A DNA stretch of 64,000 nucleotides from assembly GCA_000320545.1 (NCBI GenBank), contig ADNK01003488.1, positions 2,303-66,302 of the forward strand, read 5' to 3'. This document shows, in pieces, positions 57,010 to 64,000 of the stretch. The translations under genes and the position numbers were made by a program. The notes beneath the pieces are model-generated. The model was not told where the DNA came from. It searched no databases and saw nothing but the letters and a program-made list of their open reading frames with translations. The number at the start of each line of letters is the position of its first letter. Within the stretch, counting starts at the first letter, position 1. The DNA comes from Bigelowiella natans CCMP2755. Lineage: Eukaryota > Protista > Cercozoa.

Positions 57010-59932
57010 TCAATTCCTTGTGTTGTTCGCTGCTATGGGAGGTACATCATCCAACTTGTTATCGAAAGTAACGCTATTATCAGAACTCGCCGAGAACACA
57101 GCAGAATTGTTTTTACGCAAAAAGCTTTTAGAGTTGTCGGTTGTTGTTGTTGCTGTTGGCGTCGTTGCTGGGATGAGAGCTGGGGCAAACGGGATAGAGG
57201 AGAGTGGTGTTTTACTATTTGGAGAAGAACAGTTATTGGTATAGGAATTGATGCTGCTTGTACTTGATGAGCGGGTGAGAGGAAGTAGTTCTGGAATAGT
57301 AAGTGCTTTAAGATGATAACGACGGGAAGGAGGAGCTGTAGCAGGAGGGGGAGGCGGAGGTGGACTAGCGCACAAATTGTTGGACGATTTGGAATATTGA
57401 TGATGATGATGATGGTGATGACTTGTGGTGGTTGTTGTTCCCCCTCCCGGCCCCCCCGCCCCCCCCCCTCCCCCTCCTCCTCCTTCTTTTGTAACACCAC
57501 TGTAAGGAATGTTGATAGCCGGCGTTGTACTATTCTTCCTCTGTCTCCGCCTCAATTTCTTTGTAGTTATTTGTTCATATATCTTGTTATCCTGACACAG
57601 TAAGAAAAAAGGAGGTTGTTGTTTGCAATCAATGAATGATGGATATTATTCGTACAAAGCAACAAATAAACGCCCTTGAACAAACGGACGACGGCACCCA
57701 ATAGCACAATCATCTAAGAAATATGCTTTCAAAACTGTTTCATTTTTCATCTTTCTTGTATTAACGGAAAAGAACCACTGTGTTTTTGCCAGTTTCTCAG
57801 TTATGAAATTACTTTTGCAAGATAGTTGGTGAGCTTGTTGCACTTGACTTCAAACGAATCCCGAAATGCTTTCAACGTCAATGTACATTTTGTGGTCCTT
57901 AATCCACATGCTAGCGATATAGCATCAACGTCCTTCAGTCATTATCAAATCAACAAATAAACAAACTATGCAAATCAACACCAAGATTCAACGATTATAT
58001 CTTTACAGCAGCAGACAAAGATGCTATTGCTGTAAGATAATTTAGAACAAATTATACTTAGCGATTATATGATGATGACGACGACGACGACGACACTCTA
58101 ATGCGACAACAGCAGATAATATACACAATCAATACTTATACATCAGTTAGATTCTCAAGAAAATTAGTTGTCAGGAAAGTAGTACTAGTTAAAACAACAA
58201 CCCCGAAAAGCAAAAAATCATTCTCCTCCATAGTTGGTTAGTTAGTTGGCTAGTGATTAATCGTGTGTGTTGTGTTGTGTTTGAATGACGACCTTTGTTG
58301 ATATGTCGAGACCATATGTCTGCTTGAGAGATAGCAATCCAGCTTGTAGCTCTGATACAGTCACCATCCTCAAAGGGGGGGGGGTAAGAACAAAAGAAGA
58401 AAATAAATGTTTAGATATCAATAGAGATGATTAATGACGGTGATGATAATGAATAAACGGATGATGACGCCGCTCTTACCCGTTTCCTTTGATATCCAGA
58501 AATCGATATAGATTATCCCATTGAATCCTGAGTGGATACTCAAACTGAGGATGAAGCACTAGCACGCAAGATCAAGATGAGAGCTCACACCGCCACCACC
58601 ACCACCTGCTGCTGCTGCTGCTGCTACTACTACTACTACTACGACTACTACTACTACTACTACTACTACGACTACTACTACTACTACTACTACGACTACT
58701 ACTACTACTACGACTACTACTACTACTACTACTACGACTACTACTACGACTACTACTACGACTACTACTACGACTACTACTACGACTACTACTACGACTA
58801 CTTGAGCTTATGCAACAATTGTCCCAGCTTATCAATAACGTTATCCGCGCTTCCAGTTGTTGTTGTTGGTGCTGTTGTTGATGATGATGATGATGTTTCA
58901 CCACAATCTGAAGTGGTGATGTTGACAGATGTTTCACCACAATCTGAAGTGGTGATGTTGACAGCATCGTCATCAGTTGTATTCTTATTATTCTCCTCAT
59001 CCTTCATCTTCTTCTTCTTCCTCTTTTGTTCAATGTCATCGATGGTCCCTTCACCCGCCTCTGCGGCTGCCCTTAAATGGCGGAGTATTGGAGCAAACCG
59101 TTGAAGAAACGATACGTAATCAATAGGCCCTTCGCAAACCACACACAATACAACATGATGACGATGATAGTAGTATTAGCACATAGTAACAGCAGCAGCG
59201 GGACCAGCAGCATGCTGTTGGTGATTAGGAAGGCAGCATTCGAATAGTGGTGGTTTCCATTGTGTTGTCGATAAACACTGATAATAATAATAATAATAAT
59301 AATAATAATATGTACTAGATATAATAATATCACAGTGTGTATATAGTAATATTAAGTAATAATCATCATCAACTCTAGTATACATCTATCACCTTGTGGC
59401 TTATTATCAACACCTAGTTTGGGAAGACCCAGCATGTCCTTTAGTTGTTGTTGTTGTTGTTGATGATGATGATGATGATGATCACGAGGATCATGCTCAT
59501 GATGCCAATGTTGATGTTAATGAAGAAGTGAGTGAAGATAGCAACGTCATACACACACACACACACACACATATGTATATAATTTGAACTAATGAATGTT
59601 TTAAAATAGAAGACCTCAAACTCTTTGAATGGCAAACGAAGTTGCAAGACACGACGTAATCCCCTAATTAGTGTAGTAGTAGTATTAGGAATGATAACAT
59701 AGTAGAGACTGCAAGATACACTGCTGCATCATCTTCATATGTGATAACAAATACTGCTACGATTGCCCCATCGTACCTCTCCCAAATGTCTCGAGAAATA
59801 ACTCGATTTTTACTCTGAAAGCAGCAGCAGCAGCAGCAGCAGCAGCATATAAAAGGATAATAGTAGAGCAGCAGCAGGTTTATAGCAAGAAGACCATTTG
59901 TCATTGAAAGAAGAAATTCAACCAAGACCCCG

Positions 59933-59968
<36 letters not shown>

Positions 59969-62579
59969 TAATATGTGAGGGAGGACTAGTAGTAATAGTA
60001 ATAATAGGCTAAGTCCTTCCTCTTCCTCTTCCTCTTCCTCTTCCACCACCACCAGCAGCAGCAGCAGCAGCATTAGCATTAGCATATGTAGTTTAGCTAC
60101 CAATGAATACCAACCCCTAGTCCTCCTCCTCCTCCTCCTCCTCCTCCTCCTACTACTACTACTACTACTACCAACTACTACTACTACTACTGATACTGCT
60201 CTACTACTAGCACCTTTTGTTGGAAGTAATGTGTCAAAGGTAACCGAGCAAATGATATACGACGAATAAGATGCGAGAGAACCTTATCCTCCAGCTTGTG
60301 AGCTTTGAATCGTAGACAGAATGTTGGTGAAGAGATCTAGTCAACAATAATAAGAAAATACGAGGAATATGAGAAGAACAACTCAAAAGGATCTTGCACA
60401 CTACTACTACTACTACTACTACTATAGTAGTAGTAGTAGTATTCCTGAGGAGTCATTCATTAATTCATTGAGGGGTAGAAGGAGGGAGAGAGACAGGGTA
60501 TCTATTATCCTGTGATGATTTGGTACTACTACTACTAACTACAAGCAACAATCAACTTATCATAATCATACAGAACTCACACTTCTAAAGTGGTTTGTCA
60601 CTAGATTAAATTGTTTATTTTACTTATACCTTCTCAGCGGTGTAGTTGAGGATTTCATATTTGAGGTGGTGTTGTTGTTTTTGTAGAGTATTCTTCTGTG
60701 TGTGATGATGAGGCTTATCATCACAAGCAGCAGCAGCAGCTAAACCACAACCACTAGTAGTAGACAACAACGACGAATCGATGTCATCATGATCATCATC
60801 CCCTTTTGCTTCTTCTTCTTCTTCTTCTTCTTCTTCTTCTTCTTCTTGAGGAGGACGAGGAGGAGAAGGAAGAGAGAATATGGCAATGGCCCCTTTGTTG
60901 GAAGATTCTCCAACATAGCATGATGCTGAAAATACCTACATATTCACAGGCATACCATACATGCATACAAACAACAAGCGTGTTGTAGTATAAGAAGACC
61001 GAAGACAATAACAACCAACAACAACAACAACAACATGGATAGATGATAGATAGAGACCACACATGCAGATATATGATAACAATAATGCAAATAGAGAGGT
61101 GGAGGAAGTGGTGGTGGTGGTAGGAGGAGGAGGAGGAGGAAGAAGAAGAGAAATAGAGGATCAACCATACTTGATAGAATATAATATTCTAGGAGTGATT
61201 AGTAGATATATCTTCTTCTTCTTCGACTTCTATGATTATAGAACGATGACCGTGAGGCATTTGCCACCATGAGAGACTTCAAAGCCTTCTTCCTTGTACT
61301 CGTGACTACGCACCTTAGGAGATGTAACGATCAGATAAAAGATGAAAAGATAACTTACTTTTTTGACATCATTATGTGCTATATCACATTAAGATAATGG
61401 GTCGGATGATGGGGAGGAGGAGGAGGGGGGGGATTTAGGGAAAAGGAGTACTTATACATTTCTATCAGTTGACTACTGGTGATGGCTACTGTTTAATACC
61501 AGCAAATGACAACCCACAAGTTGAAGAAAGTCTCTACATGCATCAGCACCGAAGACAGTTCTAACAAATGAAAGAAGAAGAAGAAGAGGGAGGTAATGAT
61601 GAGTACTTGCTGCTACTGCTACTGCTACTACTACTTCTACTACTATTAATTAGTAATGCTACTTCTCCATGAGTGCAATAGTAGGATCATTCATTCATTG
61701 TCACCACCTTATCACCATCACTGCCATTGCACACAGTATGAGCATTATATATGATATGGTTGTAGTAGTATCTCTCATCATAAATTAGATGATGCTGTTA
61801 AAGATGCATGATACACAAGGAACAACTCGTAATTACTCTCCCTTCTTTTCACTTAAATAGTAGTCAATACAACATTACACTAAAAGACAATATTATGTAT
61901 TAAATAGTAGTAGTAGTAATATTTCCTTTCTCTTAGTTAATTACTGATCATCATACATAACCCTGCATCAGCTCTTGGTATGTTTGGCATTATTCCATTA
62001 AATGTTCCTACGCGTAGTACAGCAGTAAGTAAGTACAGCCATCATCATCATCATTATAATCATCATCATCATCATCATCATCGATTATTACAAGATGGGC
62101 TGCACAAGTAGTAGCAGTAGTAGTAGCAGTAGTAGTAGTAGTTTTATTTTAAGTAGGATGATAAAGTAAATGGCAGACCACAACCGACAAGTATGTTAAA
62201 ATGATTCTACTACTGGTAGTACCATCAGCATCCACGTTCCAGTATTTTCCTTCTTCTTTCTGCGGTTATAATTTTACCCAACACATAGCAAACGTAAAGT
62301 AAGAAAGAAAGAAACATATATTGTAAAAGAAAGAAGAAGGAGAAATATAGTAGAGAATTGGTAGCAGTAGTAGCAGAAGTAACAGTGCTTTGTTGTAGTA
62401 GCAGTGCTTGTTGTATTGTTGGATTCACGGAGGAGAGGGAAGAAGTACAGCACCGTGCCTACTACTACTACTACTACTAGAACAAGTACTACTACATCTA
62501 CTACTACTAGTACATCTAGTACTACCATGTTACTGTACTCTTCATAATCATCCTCCTCCTCATCCATATCCCTGAGAAC

Positions 62580-62623
<44 letters not shown>

Positions 62624-63011
62624 AGAACGACGTGTCTGTGGTTGATCGTTATCATCATCATTATTACGTCCTCTTCCTCCATTACTACTACTACTATTTC
62701 TATTACTACTACTACAACTACAACTACAACTACTACCAGGAATCTCTAGGATCGCTCCATAAGAGGCCCTCCAATGGGGTTTGATTTGGAGTTTCTGTGG
62801 TTATGTTTGTACGATAGAAGTAGATGGTGATGATGATGGCATGTTAATCAATAGATGTAGTACTAAATACGCATGTGTACATATGCACATTCTAATCTCG
62901 AGTATCAAGGCACATGATGATGATGCACACCAGTGGAATGTCGCACACGTACACGCACACACCTCGAAATTGGAAGCGGTCTATTTCCTCTATTTCCTAG
63001 ATGATGATATA

Positions 63012-63042
<31 letters not shown>

Positions 63043-63604
63043 TAGATGATGGTCAGAACAAACAGAGTGTTGTTGTTTTTTGATGATGATGATCATCATC
63101 AATACATAGCATAAACATATTCTCTTCCTTACTTATTTGATGTCACACATCATCATCATCATTACTACAACAATCTAGCAGATATAAGTATATAATATAT
63201 ACAACCTTAATGCTTTTGATTGGATGAAAACGGTGGGGTAATATTGGGTATAGCCTACATCATCAAAATTCAGTACCAAGAAATAGTAAGAAAGAATAAA
63301 CAACAACAAGCACAATGACGAATAAGAAGGACCAACACATATCAAATAACAACTATTAAAAAAAAAAGCACACAGCAGCAGCAGCAGCAGCAGCAGCAGA
63401 TTGCTCTCTTCTTCTAGTGGTTTGTAATCATCCTCCCTTCATCTTACTTTTATTATCATCCTCCCTTCATCTTACTCACTGGTAGACAATAGAGTACTAC
63501 CACCAATGATACTACTCATCTCACATGTTTACTAAGATATTGTTTAATGTGTTTCCATTTTTCTTCATCTTCCTCTTCTTCTCATTATTCATTTTATTAC
63601 TACT

Positions 63605-63640
<36 letters not shown>

Positions 63641-63754
63641 GAGTAACGGTAGTAATACGCATCGTCTTTCTCGAAATGCCCTGCGATCCCACCATGGACA
63701 ACAAACACTTGACCTGGTTGTTGTTGTTGTGTTATTTTTGCAGTATATATGATT

Positions 63755-63796
<42 letters not shown>

Positions 63797-64000
63797 TATA
63801 TTACAGCATCTAGTATCATCATGCATCATCATCCTCATCATCCTCATATTTCCTTCTTCTTCTTCATTATTACTATTATACATATTATATTCAAATATTG
63901 ATTACTATTTGGTCTGCTACACTGCAGGCTGATACGCGGTATGAATGGGTGCTTTAATGGATGCGTATTTATAAATGTGTATGTGTGTAAGTGTGTGTGG
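57010..64000 (-). CDS. PPEF/RdgC-type Ser/Thr phosphatase with C-terminal EF-hands; 5' part beyond window end
   Basis: Exons: VFVVHGGI (~63690-63712), LEGLLWSDP (~62748-62775), TVFGADACRDFL (~61525-61560), VRSHEYKEEGFEVSHGGKCLT (~61250-61312), VFSASCYVGESSNKGA (~60888-60935), EF-hand-like GPIDYVSFLQRF and FLDIKGNGMVTVSEL. The stop is either 57801 or, with one more exon, ~57010. Confidence 0.88.
58618..58802. repeat. Compound (CTA)n/CGA microsatellite in intron
   Basis: Seen directly. Confidence 0.95.
58893..58964. repeat. Exact 36-bp tandem duplication (VNITTSDCGETS x2) in phosphatase exon
   Basis: atgtttcaccacaatctgaagtggtgatgttgacag occurs twice. Confidence 0.9.

Noticed and set aside
1-64000. 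tRNA or rRNA genes
   Set aside because: None recognised by eye. The only tRNA-related sequence is the retroelement PBS. tRNAscan-SE or Infernal would be needed to exclude them.

Overview
This is eukaryotic nuclear DNA with short GT-AG introns, ciliary genes and very dense microsatellites. The style suggests a flagellated protist, possibly a chlorarachniophyte-like rhizarian (inference only). I can support 13 host genes: a DENN-domain Rab GEF (-, runs off the left end), a PIG3-type quinone oxidoreductase, an ATM/Tel1 kinase of about 3,500 aa, an NPHP1 homolog carrying EF-hands, an SRPBCC/polyketide-cyclase protein, a G-alpha subunit, DNAAF2/kintoun, a GH16-like membrane protein, a YqcI/YcgG-like protein, a Tim44/MAIP1-like protein, a riboflavin-kinase-like protein, TMEM216, and a PPEF/RdgC-type phosphatase (-, runs off the right end). 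There is also one intact Ty3/gypsy LTR retrotransposon (33093-38808) with identical 326-bp LTRs. Two signals stand out and may be linked. (1) Intergenic islands downstream of genes have lost almost all TpA except inside CTAG, which looks like a context-specific TpA->TpG/CpA mutator acting on repeats (an 'inverse RIP'). (2) The retrotransposon sits inside one such island and carries, after integrase, a degenerate DIRS/Dam-like N6-adenine methyltransferase domain where chromoviruses carry a chromodomain. Gene models and motif counts were made by eye, and exon boundaries are approximate.
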